Shown: positions 12,765-27,145 of the stretch, piece by piece
Layout: each line of letters begins with the position of its first letter
How positions within the stretch are numbered: position 1 is the stretch's first letter
Assembly: GCA_964016885.1 (NCBI GenBank)
Contig: OZ024749.1
Location: 47,182,001-47,246,000, forward strand
Origin: Eledone cirrhosa
Lineage: Eukaryota
Length of the DNA stretch: 64,000 nucleotides
Reading direction: 5' to 3'
Position numbers and translations under genes: made by a program
The notes under the pieces: generated by a model
Databases searched by the model: none
What the model was told of the DNA's origin: nothing
What the model saw: the letters and a program-made list of their open reading frames with translations, nothing else

Positions 12765-14624
12765 GTACAGATTGTATTTTGTTTTGTATCACTGCATGCG
12801 TTTTGAAACCTGCATAGAGATACAACATGCATCCGCCTTCGATTAACACTTTTTTACAATGGAATACTTGTTAAGTTTTAAAACATAGGAACACATCCTA
12901 TAATAAAGACGTGCCTCTAATTCACATTATATAAATGAAGATTCATGTTCTGTATTTTGTAAAATATATTTAAAACAAAAATATATTAAAGAGGTGAGGA
13001 AACATAATGTATTGTTTGTCATATTGCCAGAAGTGATTTAGGTTGCAAATTCATATGCAGGTGTAAGTTCTTAGAATCGCTAATTGCGAAAATATACCTG
13101 ACACGTTTGAGTATTGCAATCCTTTCAAAGTGTGTATTTTAATCATCTAAAACTTAGAATCGACACTCATTGTAAGCCCAAGTAATTTCACAAATTCTTA
13201 CGATATTAGTTGCACGTGGAAAATAATCACATGCTGCAGATAATTGTATGCCAAATATCCAATGATGCTCACAGTCTATGATGATTCAGCATGCACGCAA
13301 CAACATTAGTTAATGGGACTAGCACATATTCTCTCAGCGTTGTCAGGATCGATGGGTATGTTACCTTATATAATGTACATAACATATATCTTTCTATAAT
13401 TATTATATTTGTAATTCAATATGAAAACGCTAGTGAGTAGTTTTAAATGTTGAGAGTGATGAATTTTTCCTTTTCCTTTTTATTTAATATATTATGATGT
13501 CAATGCAAATAGCTTGCTCACCTGTAAATTCACATTTATGTTGTGGAATTAATGTTTCTTGGAACTAATCAAATAATTCCAAATTGCTGACAGGTACAGC
13601 GAATTTTAAATGAAATACATTACACTCTATTCGTCAGCCATTTTAACCATTTATTAAATCAATGTCCATCGTGTTCCATTACCAATAAAAATAATTGCCA
13701 TATAATTATTCCATATATAAATCCAGTGTGCTTCCGTAAATATTAGCTAAATTAAAACTAAATTGAACAAGCGTAAAATAATAGCAAATTGTATTGTATT
13801 CTATGAAATGTGAAAGGAAATCAACATATATGACTCATATAATGGTAAATATATTTATATAGACAATTTGGTAATTAGACCGCAGGAAAATGTTTATTTT
13901 ACTTAAATATGAGGGCTGAGATTTATATTATTTATATCTGGTTAAACTTTGAATTCTTTGAATTACAAGCACGTATGTTATACTGAAACAAAGGTATACG
14001 ACGGATGACACTTCAATGAAATTATATTATATAACATATATGATACCTGACGAGAATATAGTAAATGATATGATTCAGAATTATAGAATAAAATATTGCA
14101 CTGATTGTTTTTACAGATGCTGAATCTAATTAGGTAAGATTTGGGTAATAATTAGTGACATTATATATATAACAACATTTTCAACATTTCAGGAACCTAT
14201 TATAATTATTTAAATCATCTGTAATTAAACATTGTTTTCGAAATTATTGATTTCTGTTCTTCTAAGGAAATACATGTGTAAATATATTTATAAATTGCAT
14301 GTGTATAATTCTTCTTGCTGGAGGAAAATGAAAATATATGTTATTTATTAAAATATTGACATTGTATTATTCTGTTAAGTTCTGTTAATTTTGAAACTTA
14401 TCATCTTTTATGGACTGTATGGTGCTGAATAGAGAACATTTTCTTGTTTAAGGAACATCTATTTATATCTTCAAGTGTAATATTATTTTATTATTTAATT
14501 GACTATAAAACGTATTCCACCACTTCCTCCATATGTATTACATATGATAATAACAAAAACGACAACAATAATATTAATCATAATGAAAATACAAATAAAC
14601 ACATAATAAGAAGCCACATTTGAT

Positions 14625-15050
14625 GTTAAATTCGTGTGAAGAGGTATCATTGCTGCGAAATATTTGCGAAGTTGGAAGAAATTAATCTGGCTTGGTATGT
14701 AAAATATTCAAAGTAGAGACGGATGTCAAGAGTGAGAAAGATAAAGGTCCAAAACAGTGATGATGCACAGGAAAAAGGGGAATATAAACAAGAGAAGTGC
14801 AAAGATAGGAACTGTGAATGGAAAAACTGTGGATCATCAGAGACGTAGAAGTGGTACCGATTGTGTTTGGCTTCAGAAGATAGGAATTATCAACAGATCA
14901 GGATTGTTTCAGAAAACAGGCTTGTTGGGTACAGCAATCATTCTAAGAATGGTGTTGAATGGTAGAAGGCGAAGGAATGACCCAAATATCGTTGGCAATT
15001 GGTGATAATTTTGTGCGAGATGAAAAGCGTTAAGGATAATAATAATAATA
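14625..15050 (+). mobile_element. Old, deleted 3' fragment of an R4-like RLE LINE with (TAA)n tail
   Basis: WLQKIGIINRSGLFQKTGLLGTAIILRMVL resembles the RLE C-terminus (compare LQKAWLLGTAITLRYVL). ataataataata tail at ~15036. Confidence 0.65.
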
Positions 15051-15059
15051 TGAAGAATA

Positions 15060-15251
15060 TAATTGCTTCTATTTTTGGCACAAGGCCAGCAATTACCCAA
15101 TACATTACTGGTACTTTATTTTATCGACCCCGTAAGGATGAAAGGCAAAGTTAATCGCAGCGGGATTTGAACTCAGATTATAAAGGGACGTAACTCTATG
15201 CTTCAAAGCATGGTGTCCGACTCTCCACCGATACTGCTAATCCACCGCCCT
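15060..15251 (-). mobile_element. tRNA-derived SINE, full length
   Basis: Family match with A-box and B-box (GAGTTCAAATCC) on the minus strand. Confidence 0.92.
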
Positions 15252-16870
15252 TGCCAATCGAAGAATATAATGACATCATTTATTAGATTCTATTCCCAGC
15301 AACACGTATTTCCTAACGGTATTTTGTAATGTTATATATACTTTAATTCACGCATGTTATTTCTTTATGAATTTGCTATAGATAATTTCATTAAATAATT
15401 CTGAGTAGATTTGTAAGTTATTACATCATATATATAGATGCGGCTTTGATACAAGTAATTTTGTAAAACATTAAATTTTAAATAAGTTAAATCTAACAGT
15501 GACTATTTTGATTAATATGATTATGGTAGACTATTTAATTTTAAAACGTACATTAATGCACAATAATAATTTCGTTAGTTGGAAACTGTTTTATTATGGC
15601 TTTATCTGACGCTCGTGTAAATTGTAATATAGTTAATTAAAATTTCATAAACTCACAAAATTGATTCTATATAACGTGTTTGTTTATATAAGAATATTTT
15701 CGATATATTTTCTCATATACATATATAATATCCTATTTAATATATGTCTTAATGAGTATCATCACATATATAATTATACACACATAAAGGCACAAGCAAA
15801 CACATGGGATATTCATTGATTCGAAAGGCTGCTATACAATATTGCCTACAAACATCTAGCGTATTTACAGGCTATAAATGCCTTTTCAAAATGTAAGTTA
15901 TCCAATTAAATAGTCTACTAGGAGCTTACACTATTCTACTACAAAATGCCATTATTGATACTTCCCCATATGAGATATATAGAGAGGTTTCTTGTTGGGA
16001 AACCATGGTGAGTTTCACTAAGAAATACTGTATGTTGTGTGTTCATAAAACATTATTTTGTCTCCCACAACTAAGGAAGACGTGCATATTTGTATGTATG
16101 GGGGAACCCTAAATACTGACGTTTTGAAATAATGTGAGAGTCGAGAGGGGACATCTGTCATCCAGTACATTTACCAAATCGTAAGTTAAGATTTGCAAGA
16201 GTTAATGAGGCTAGTCGCCGGTTGTTTCAGTAGGTCAGACTGGACACATTCAATGAGTCACGTCGTGGTTAGGTCGGTTTAAAATCTGCCAAATATACAG
16301 AAAATAGAGCTGACTGGAACTGCTCATGTCCTAAGGATGGCATTACCATTTTAAAAACATTTACAGTATTTGTTCGCTCGTCGTATTGTTCGTATAGCTA
16401 TCAATTCTAAAATGTGTGTGTTATAAAAGTTCACCTTATCTGATAGGTTTAAACTCGTTATAATTTTGGAAAGAAGGAGAACTCAAAGGAAGATTCAAAT
16501 CATAATAATTATATAAATAATAATAATAACAATTTCTTTGTAAATATATTAATATTAATAATAGTGAAAATTTTAATAACTAACAGATTTAGTATGTTTA
16601 CTTTTTCTACTTGATTTTATCGTTCATATTTGCATAATTGCGTTGGTTAGGATAACATTCTTGCCAGCTATTAAAGTCTCGAAAACTTGGCTTTTAAACT
16701 GCCAATCAAAATTATCAATTGCAGACAATAAAGTTTTCGCCTCGTTTAAATCATCTGACACTTAACACTATGTATGCGCAAACACACACCCACGCGCACA
16801 CTCACAGAGACACAAACAAACACACACATACACACATGCACATAAACACACACACACAAACACACAAACG

Positions 16871-16912
<42 letters not shown>

Positions 16913-17032
16913 AGAAAAAAGAGAATCAGTGTTGCGACGAAAGGACACGCCTTTAACTATCTCTTTCTCTCACCCTCTCTCTCTATCTCCCTTTCACTCA
17001 CACACACATACACACACACACACATACACACC

Positions 17033-17096
<64 letters not shown>

Positions 17097-18233
17097 ATAA
17101 ATGTTATCTAGAATATTATTTATGGGACTAGGAGTGTTTCATTTAATGAAATCATCATGGATTTCCTGATGATTTCCTTCGAAGCAAACAGTTCTCGAAC
17201 AGTTCTAGTCATGTAGAACAGATTTCGATGTTACATTTGTTTCATACACTCTACTAAATTATTGAGTACCTTACTCACTGTGGCCATCGATTGATTCCGG
17301 GACTCATATATGTATAATGATAAGCAAATAATTCCTCGTATTAATTTGAATTCGAATGATATAACACAACTTCAAGCACCGTCACATACATGATCTTCAT
17401 ACTACATAAATATAGCTTCAGTTCATTGCACAGGATAAAACTGATGAGATAAGTATCCAATCTATGAGTATATAGCTTTAAAAGCAGTAACTGCCAAATC
17501 TGTTAAAATAAAATCTTGTCATTGTTAATATACTCCCATCGAACACGTTACCAAAATGAAAACTGTTTAGCATATTAAGGAAATCATATGCCCACTCATT
17601 TTGACAGATTTTTAAATCAGATTTCTAGTTATTAAATCAAAAGCCAGTTGCCAAATAAATGTCAACATTTTTATTTTAAAAGATTTTTCGGCTGCTCACT
17701 GACGACTGGTCTTGTATTAGAAACAACATTGCTTTCGTTATTGTCTGACTTGACAATAAAAAAAGGGGAAATTATTTATGATGCTTATCTGACCTTAACG
17801 TGTTTTCTATTGATAGAACCTAAATGACGTCACTTACAGGAAAAAAGATAAGAAGCCGTTTGGAATAATTCCAAAATTGCTGATATTTATTAGAAAAGAA
17901 GCAGTTACAATGATGATGAATAAGAAAAAAATAGGAAAATACTATGTTATGATATCTTGTAAATTATACTGAATACAATGTAAAAATAGTTATTCTTTCG
18001 TTATTGATATTTTGATTGAACACGCTTCAGGGGTAATTTTAATATTTAATAGTTAATTATTTTTTATTACATATGAATGATGTGTGTACATGAATTAGTG
18101 CTATTTTATGAATGCTATGCTCATGACATCTAAGAAAGGTGGTTTTATTTTAGGGTCCTTCAAATTTATATCGGGTTTTTTGTACCTATTGTTATTATTA
18201 GTAGTAGTATTTTTATTACATATCATATTAACT

Positions 18234-18420
18234 TTGGTGAATTCGCAGTATAGGTAGAACGTCGGAGCTGCTTTGTGGCATAGAGCTACCGCCCTTTACG
18301 GCCTGATTTCAAATCCAGCCGAGGTTAACTTTGCCTTTCATCCTTACGGGGTCGATGAAATAAAGTACCAGTAATGCACTGCGATAATTGCTGGCCTTGT
18401 GCTAAAAGTACAAATAATTA
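18234..18420 (+). mobile_element. tRNA-derived SINE followed by (GTA/GCA/TTA)n tract (to 18606)
   Basis: Family match; the microsatellite is seeded from the SINE tail. Confidence 0.88.
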
Positions 18421-18543
18421 GTAGTTATAGTAGTAGTAGTAATAGTAGTAGCAGTAGTATTAATAGTTGTAGTAGCAGCAGCAGCAGCAGCAGTAGCAGC
18501 AGTATTATTATTATTATTATTATTATTAGCAGTAGTAGTAGTA

Positions 18544-18589
<46 letters not shown>

Positions 18590-20392
18590 CAGTAGCAGCA
18601 GCAGTAGGAATGCAGCAGTCAATGTGAGCCCTTATTGCCGCAAAAGCTGCACCAACACTAAGATATTTCTTTTCAGTTTATTTGCTTTGTTGTGTGCAAT
18701 GTTTTGTTGTATTTGGAATTCCATACATATGATGTCGACGCTGAAGCTTATTTCATTTATCTATTGTAGATAACGAAATATTTAAAGTAATATCTCTTGA
18801 ATTCCTTACATGTATATGTTATTTCGAAAATCCTCATGTATCTCCCTTTTCTATGAAAACGCAACACGGCTAATGTAATATCCATGAGAATAACAATGGG
18901 AACATGAAAGAGAAACATTTTTAACAACCTCGGCATAATCATAAAAATAGTGTGTTACATACTCAAAAATCAATAGTCTAAATTGTAAAATCAACAACAT
19001 TAACATTGGGAAGATAAAAACAAATAAAACAAATATGTAATGACATACGAACAACATTAATAACTCCGACAGAGATACCAAGTAAAACAATACGCATCGA
19101 TGCAATATTGATTATGAACTTAAAGAAAACTGTTCCTCCCCTCCACACTACAAAATTGATCTTCGTTTATAACACTTTCGATTTATAACACTTTCAATAC
19201 AATCATAATATTATTATAGAATTCCTTACTTTCAAACAAATCTCCAATCACAACATTGAAGCAGACGTCGCTTAGAACGGGGTTGGAAGGTAAAGGTGGT
19301 GAGTGGATTATCGTAAATGTTGCGAAGTTTATATTTTCGTTTTGTTTGGTTCTTGATTTACTTTATTTTATCTTTGATTTGATTCGCTTCTTGTGTATTA
19401 TGTTTGCTTCCTTTTTTTTTTCTTTTTTTTTTTTGAGATTGTGTTATTTTTTTAGAATAAGCAGCGTGGTTCAATATTGATTAAGTATAATGCGCAAAGA
19501 AAGCATTTTAAACTAATGTCAAGTCCGTTTGAAGAGTCAGACATTTTATCTATGGTTTTTAATTGATGGTAGAAGCGCAAAGGGTCATAGAGTGGTTGGG
19601 CCATTGGGAAAGTAAGAAAAAAAGAAAAAACTATATTAACATCTTCAAAGATGCATTGTGCTAAGTCACCGATGAGTAAACAAAACAAAATTTCGATGAT
19701 GAATTAATAAATGTCATGGAACTATGAACATATTTTATTTTTATATTATGAGATACTAATATTTCATGAGGCATTGTTCGTTGATTATTTTCAAATAAAA
19801 TGATGAATATGATGCTCTCAAAATACATTTACATCCATTAATATTTAGAAATGATACGTTGCTATGTATGAAGAGAGAAATAATCAACCAACCCAAACCA
19901 CACACATGTTGTTAGTTGTTTATTGTTGCAAAATATAGTAGATATTAAATCAAATGAAATAGAAGAAAAATGCAAAGGACTGAACGTTTAAAATCAGAAA
20001 GATATATTGAAAGACGAATACTCGATAGCATAAATTATTCTGTCCCTTGATATCATATCATACACTTGCATTTTCTGAACATAACAATGATAGCGACGTG
20101 AATACTTTTAATTTTAACGTTGGTAATGATGGTGAGAATAACGCTGACATTGGTGAGGTTGATAATGATGTGGAGGAAGGTAATAACTATGAAAATGAGG
20201 AAGGTGATACGGACAAAGTTAATGAGTGGTAGGATGATGATGATCATGATGATGAAGATGATACAGTTATGAGACAGCCTAGCTCTGTTTTATTGTTATT
20301 GTAAGTATTGTTGTATGGGAGATTACATCCAAGAAACATTTACTTAGAAATTAAGAGTGTCATGACTTCGCTACTAAAAATTATGTTATCCA

Positions 20393-20451
<59 letters not shown>

Positions 20452-20467
20452 ATACTACTACTACTAT

Positions 20468-20550
<83 letters not shown>
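20393..20550. repeat. (CTA)n microsatellite
   Basis: Direct reading. Confidence 0.95.
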
Positions 20551-20551
<1 letters not shown>

Positions 20552-20689
20552 ATACACATACACACACATATATATATATATATGCTTATGTACATACACG
20601 CACACATACACAACACAACACATGTATATATATATATAATATATAATATATATATTTAAAATAATAGAGGTGTAACACACGAGTTATGA

Positions 20690-20787
20690 TATATTGGTAA
20701 ACGGAAAAGAAAATGCTGACAAATTGTTCACAGTTTAACTATTTTTCACTCTGAACAATTTGTCAGCATTTTCTTTTCCGTTTACCA

Positions 20788-20792
<5 letters not shown>
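20690..20792. repeat. Perfect 41-bp inverted repeat (21-nt spacer) followed by (TA)n
   Basis: 20690-20730 is the exact reverse complement of 20752-20792. A related sequence lies at 26861-26910. Confidence 0.9.
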
Positions 20793-20843
<51 letters not shown>

Positions 20844-21539
20844 TGTATGTCTAGTATAGTGTGAGGTGTATCCCCAAAATACTGCACCACCATTGATCGC
20901 TCTTTTAATTTCAAATCATATTGAATACTACAATTAGTGTATGGTATAAAAAGACTAGTAGTAAAACACGATGAATAGTATTTGTATCGGCAAATCTGTA
21001 TATATATTGAATTCTATTTAATATATGGCTTCATTTCTTTTAATATATACGTATACTGTCCCTCTCCAGCTTCAATACAGAGATATATTTCTTGACTGCA
21101 TATAAAGACATTTTAATATTCATTGAAAACTAACTTTCTGTGAAGCAAGTGCCTTAGCTGTGGTATATGTTTGTTTATGCTCTATTGTTGTATTGTATAT
21201 TTGATATAATTTTTCTCTCCGTTGCCCGGCCTTTTTGTAAAAGGTCGTGACTATTATTCTTCTTGAAGTCACATTCTACTAAATCTAAATTGTCTTTTAG
21301 CTTTTCGTCTTTTAGCGTATTTTCACTGCCGTTTTGAAGTCTTTGTGGTGTATGTTGAATCGTTTGACTTTGATAATACCGTAGTGTTGTTCAATATATT
21401 TCTACTGACTTTTCATCTTTCACTTTTAAAACGAAAACAGAAACTTCACATATACACCCACTCACTCGTGAACGCAGTCATGTATACATATATACACACA
21501 GACCGGTATATAGACATATAAAGACACATACGCACCCAT

Positions 21540-21558
21540 ATATATGTATATATATATA

Positions 21559-21596
<38 letters not shown>

Positions 21597-21631
21597 TATA
21601 TATAAATGTATGTATATATATATATATATGT

Positions 21632-21675
<44 letters not shown>

Positions 21676-21697
21676 CATATGTAATATGTATATATAT

Positions 21698-21730
<33 letters not shown>

Positions 21731-21766
21731 GTATGTATATATATATATATATATAATGTATGTATG

Positions 21767-21831
<65 letters not shown>

Positions 21832-21842
21832 ATGTATGTATG

Positions 21843-21875
<33 letters not shown>

Positions 21876-21881
21876 ATATAT

Positions 21882-21948
<67 letters not shown>

Positions 21949-21964
21949 CATAGATGTTTATATG

Positions 21965-22017
<53 letters not shown>

Positions 22018-22033
22018 CATATATATATATATA
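21540..22033. repeat. Interrupted (TA)n microsatellite
   Basis: Direct reading. Confidence 0.95.
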
Positions 22034-22339
22034 CACGTTTCTGTTTGTATGTGCTGTCTCTGTGTGCTTGTGGTTGTGTATTATGTCTATCTCTTAAGAA
22101 TGAGCGTAGTGCTGTGAGCAGTGCGGGGGGAGGGTCAGCCAAATGTGCCATAATGTGCCATCTCTGCGATACCTTCATGAATTCGCGGAGATGTACATTA
22201 CTCGAATCCTAATCGAGACTTTTATAATTTCATGTATAAACAGCAATAAATAATGCGACAGCGCCACCACTAGATCGAACACTTTCGTTTTAATTCTACA
22301 TTTTCAAATCCACGAATAATTTTGATATATATCCCTAGA

Positions 22340-22402
<63 letters not shown>

Positions 22403-23367
22403 CATATATATGTGTGTGTGTGTGTATTGTTATATGCATAATCACACATATGTGAGTATGAGTACGTGTAATCGTCAGTTTGCGTGTCCTTTGTTTGGAC
22501 GTACATTTATGTGAGGATGTATTTATCCATGTTTGTCCAAGTACATTTTTGTCCAACAATAAACATTCTGAATCCACGGAAAAAAATATGAAGCAATTTA
22601 CAACTCAATCACGGATGTAATTAATATGAAATTGATATTGTGCACTAAGTAGACACAATGGAAATTTAGCGGAAGCAGATGACACTACACACAGGGTAAT
22701 GCTAAAAAAAAATCATCGTAAAATATCTATTTATATTTCAAAGAGTTAAACTCAAGAAAACGTGCTATTTTCTGTTTCATCTTATTTTCTGTTTGCAATA
22801 ACAATGTAAAAATATCAAATCGATTATCCTGGCGTTTTGACGAACTTAAACAACATAAACTGACATATCAGAAACAATGTGGCGTATTTTCGAAAAGCAT
22901 TTTCATTGAGTTACCATCGCATGTTTGAACAGGTTTTCAAGTTAAATCAAATTTATTGGCAATATTGCAGTTTTATACTTGACAACAGAATTGTGTCGAC
23001 GCTCACAAAAATCGTGGCGCCAAAGTTTCATTTAAAATTACGAAAGTCGTCACAGAACTAATTCAAAATGCATCGCATTTAATCAGCTCTTCATTGCTAA
23101 GAGTAAATTCACAGCCGATACAGTAAGAACGCCTTGCTGATCATATTTAGCTAATGATGTATTTCTCCTACATTTGTTTCATTCTAATTGTGTATACTTC
23201 ATTCGTTTGAAGGATGTGTCCTTAATTTAAAGCAATTATGTAAAGAATTTTAAAGGAAAAAAAAACGACACACGTTTACTGAAACACACATTGCCTCACT
23301 TTAGTTAGAAGGAAATACATTTCTTAACCGATGAATCATACATGCATAAACACACACACACACACGC

Positions 23368-23398
<31 letters not shown>

Positions 23399-23439
23399 TA
23401 GAGAGAGAGGATAGGGGGAAGGGGGGGGGGAAACGAGAG

Positions 23440-23639
23440 NNNNNNNNNNNNNNNNNNNNNNNNNNNNNNNNNNNNNNNNNNNNNNNNNNNNNNNNNNNNN
23501 NNNNNNNNNNNNNNNNNNNNNNNNNNNNNNNNNNNNNNNNNNNNNNNNNNNNNNNNNNNNNNNNNNNNNNNNNNNNNNNNNNNNNNNNNNNNNNNNNNNN
23601 NNNNNNNNNNNNNNNNNNNNNNNNNNNNNNNNNNNNNNN
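23440..23639. other. Assembly gap (200 N)
   Basis: N run. Confidence 1.
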
Positions 23640-23812
23640 GACTTTTTTAGTTGAAGAAGTGACAAAAATTCCTTTGGAAACAATTCAAACTTTGTACGAT
23701 CCATACCTCGAAAAATTCAAGCTTTATTTACTGCCAAAGGCGGTCCTGCCCCATATTAAAATAAATTTGTTTGAAATCCTAATGTGTTTCAATTATTTGT
23801 GTCCAACCCCTG
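23640..23812 (+). mobile_element. Tc1/mariner DNA transposon right end (transposase C-terminus + TIR)
   Basis: Reads approximately LVEE.TKIPLETIQTLYD/SIPRKIQALFTAKGGPAPY* with frameshifts, matching the Tc1 C-terminal pattern W..IP...I..L..S.P.R..AV..AKGG.T.Y. Ends ...gtccaacccctg followed by TA. Confidence 0.8.
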
Positions 23813-23819
23813 TATATAT

Positions 23820-23991
23820 ATAGGAAACTGTATGAACCCGACTTCAGAGCTCAAGCCGTTTCGACAGCTATTTCTGGACTGAAATAGCCGTGGAAATGTT
23901 CGGGTATTTATTGACCAGGCTAAACATTCTAATTTAGTCCAGAATTAGCCGTCGAAACGGCTTGAGCTCAGCCGTCGGGGTCATTATCGTT

Positions 23992-23996
<5 letters not shown>
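23820..23996. mobile_element. Fold-back insert of two head-to-head truncated hammerhead-bearing (PLE pLTR-like) ends in (TA)n
   Basis: Imperfect inverted arms. The plus arm has a perfect hammerhead stem III, GAAA-CGGCT(TGAGCTC)AGCCG-TC (23954-23976), and part of stem II. The CTGANGA box is absent. Confidence 0.65.
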
Positions 23997-24033
<37 letters not shown>

Positions 24034-24042
24034 TTATATATA

Positions 24043-24120
<78 letters not shown>

Positions 24121-24935
24121 TATATATATTTGTGCGTGTGACATGTTTAAACGGAGGAAACTCGGGAATGACAAGAGGATTTTAATGATTGAGAGCATAT
24201 TAACAATTAATTAGGATTTATGTAATCAAATGGGAACATTGGAATATTATGCACTTCCATTCTCAAAAATATTTCTTCAACGTATAGGTTATTTCATGCT
24301 AGGCAAGGCTACGTTCATTTCAATATTATCGAAATCCCATGTTGTTTTATTCCTATACACATCACCGGGATTCGTAATAGATGATTTCAAGTGATTTGTA
24401 CAAGAATATGCGATACTGTATTACTGTAAACAATTAGATAATTTCATTAGCTCTTTTTATATAACATTGGCAATGTGACAAAAAAGTTTGATTGAAACTG
24501 AAAAGCTCAGCTGTTCTATTCAATATAAAATATGTGCGAACCAAGTCTCACTAGTATAGTGTATTTCCCAAATGGAAATACATCCATGTAAAATACGTTT
24601 TGTTTTTTTATTGATTTGATAAACCAAATCCGTTTATAGCAATGTCGTAAACTAAAATCTTGTATCGACATAAATTATACACTGGAGGAATGCGATGTAT
24701 GGTTCTCTATTTAATATACTCTAATTAATGACCTGTTAGACACAGCTATAATATATTATAATATGCAGTCTATTTATCTCATATCATACAACACCATATA
24801 CTTACTGAAAAGCAAAATATAAGATTAATGAAATCTCATTTAAAACTGAAGCACATCTGCAATTTCACACAAATAGAGACACTGCTCTATCATTTCTAAT
24901 TCCTATACATATATGTTTTAAAGTAGTAGTAGTAT

Positions 24936-24974
<39 letters not shown>

Positions 24975-25504
24975 AGGACATATTTGTAGAATCTATAATA
25001 GCAATACAGTTTGTAGTGGAGGGCAAATAGTTCGTTGATGTTAATGTTACCAGTAGCCAGAAATAATAAAGGAAATAGTGACGTGGTGACATGTATGAAC
25101 TATGTACAAATAAAAATACAAGTAACAGATAATACCTATGGTTAGTTCATTTAGAACTATGCAACCTACGTATATTCTTATGTGTTTCTTTATGCTTACA
25201 CCTAGATATCTTCCAAAATAATTAAATTCATTTCGCTAAAACACACGCACGGGCGCATGGGCACATGCCATTCATAACAGTGTATTTCCACTCATGTTGA
25301 ATATTATGTAAATACGATTATGTTTACTATGATTTAAACCATCACAGACAATCTATATTTCAATAAAGCTATATGATACATGAGGATGATTGGAAGGCTA
25401 CGCAAATAAGGTATGTCTGAAGAAAATATTAATTTAGATAATTAATTAAGATTATCTAAGGAGTATAATATACACCCAATATAGGCTTGCATTATTAAAT
25501 ATGA

Positions 25505-25690
25505 GTGGATTGGCAGTATCGGTAGAAGGTCGGACGCCATGCTCTGACGTATAGAGTTACGGACATTGCCATTCTGAGTTCAAATCCCGCTGAGGATAAC
25601 TTTGCCTTTCGTTCTTACGGGGTCGATAAAATAAAGTGCCAGTAATACACTGGGTATTTGGCGTCATTGTGCTAAACGTAGAAACAATTA
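25505..25690 (+). mobile_element. tRNA-derived SINE with 16-bp TSD
   Basis: ATTATTAAATATGAGT at 25491-25506 and 25687-25702. Confidence 0.92.
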
Positions 25691-26666
25691 TTAAATATGA
25701 GTTAATTTTCCCTGTAGCATAATGTTATCTAGTTGCGTTTGAGGTTTGTAAGATACATTGAAATACTTCGAATTAGAAGACAATTTGCTACATGTTGTTC
25801 TTAATCTAAATTATTTATATACACACTTACATTATCCTCATGAGTGCATACAACTTTTGTATTTTACCATATCTTCTAATGGATATTACTAAGGAATAAA
25901 TGTGTCATCGAATGGTCATTAGTTAACAGGCATATCGTACGTCTTCCGAGGATACCTTTCATGAATATATTTGTGTATACAAACAAAATCGGAGTTAATA
26001 ATTCACCTGTTTTCTTGCGTTAACAAATATAGTCAGTCGTTAAAATAGTTGCAATTTGCCGGTAGTTGAAGCCGTTCAATTGTTAAAAATGTTTATCGTT
26101 AAAGGCCTCAAATAATTATACAAATCTTCATATGGATATTTATTTACTATTTGTGGCAATAATAAGACATGATCTTCCCAACATATTACGCTATATATTC
26201 AAAACAAAACATATATGTATGCAATGAAATCAAGCGAGAAACTTGAATTGAGAGTATACAAAAAGCTTCGCACGTCAGTGGTGCTGATACACATGGATTA
26301 TATGTTTTCCAACGTAAACATATCTTGACAATTTTAGTGGAATATAAATGAAATTGTGTTTCAATAAAAACCGTTAAATATATATTTTAATACATCAATC
26401 AATAAAAGATAATTAAAATGATTATCAATTACCTGCTTGTATGTAACCATTATCTGATCAGCATCATGTCGAATCGGTGCGTCAAATAAATATTTTACTA
26501 TGATGTATTTTTAAAGACAAGAAAAATATAATATTGTAAAACCAATCACGTGTTTAATGTAAACGATATGCGTGAATCCAATGAATCCATAATCAATTAT
26601 ATACATTATATTCAAAATAATTCAAGTTCTGAACTCTATTTGAACGATATCGTAGTTATTTACACT

Positions 26667-27145
<479 letters not shown>

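Noticed and set aside
14117-14220. Micro-exon-like AG...GT segments
   Set aside because: Stops occur in the plausible frames; no supporting context.
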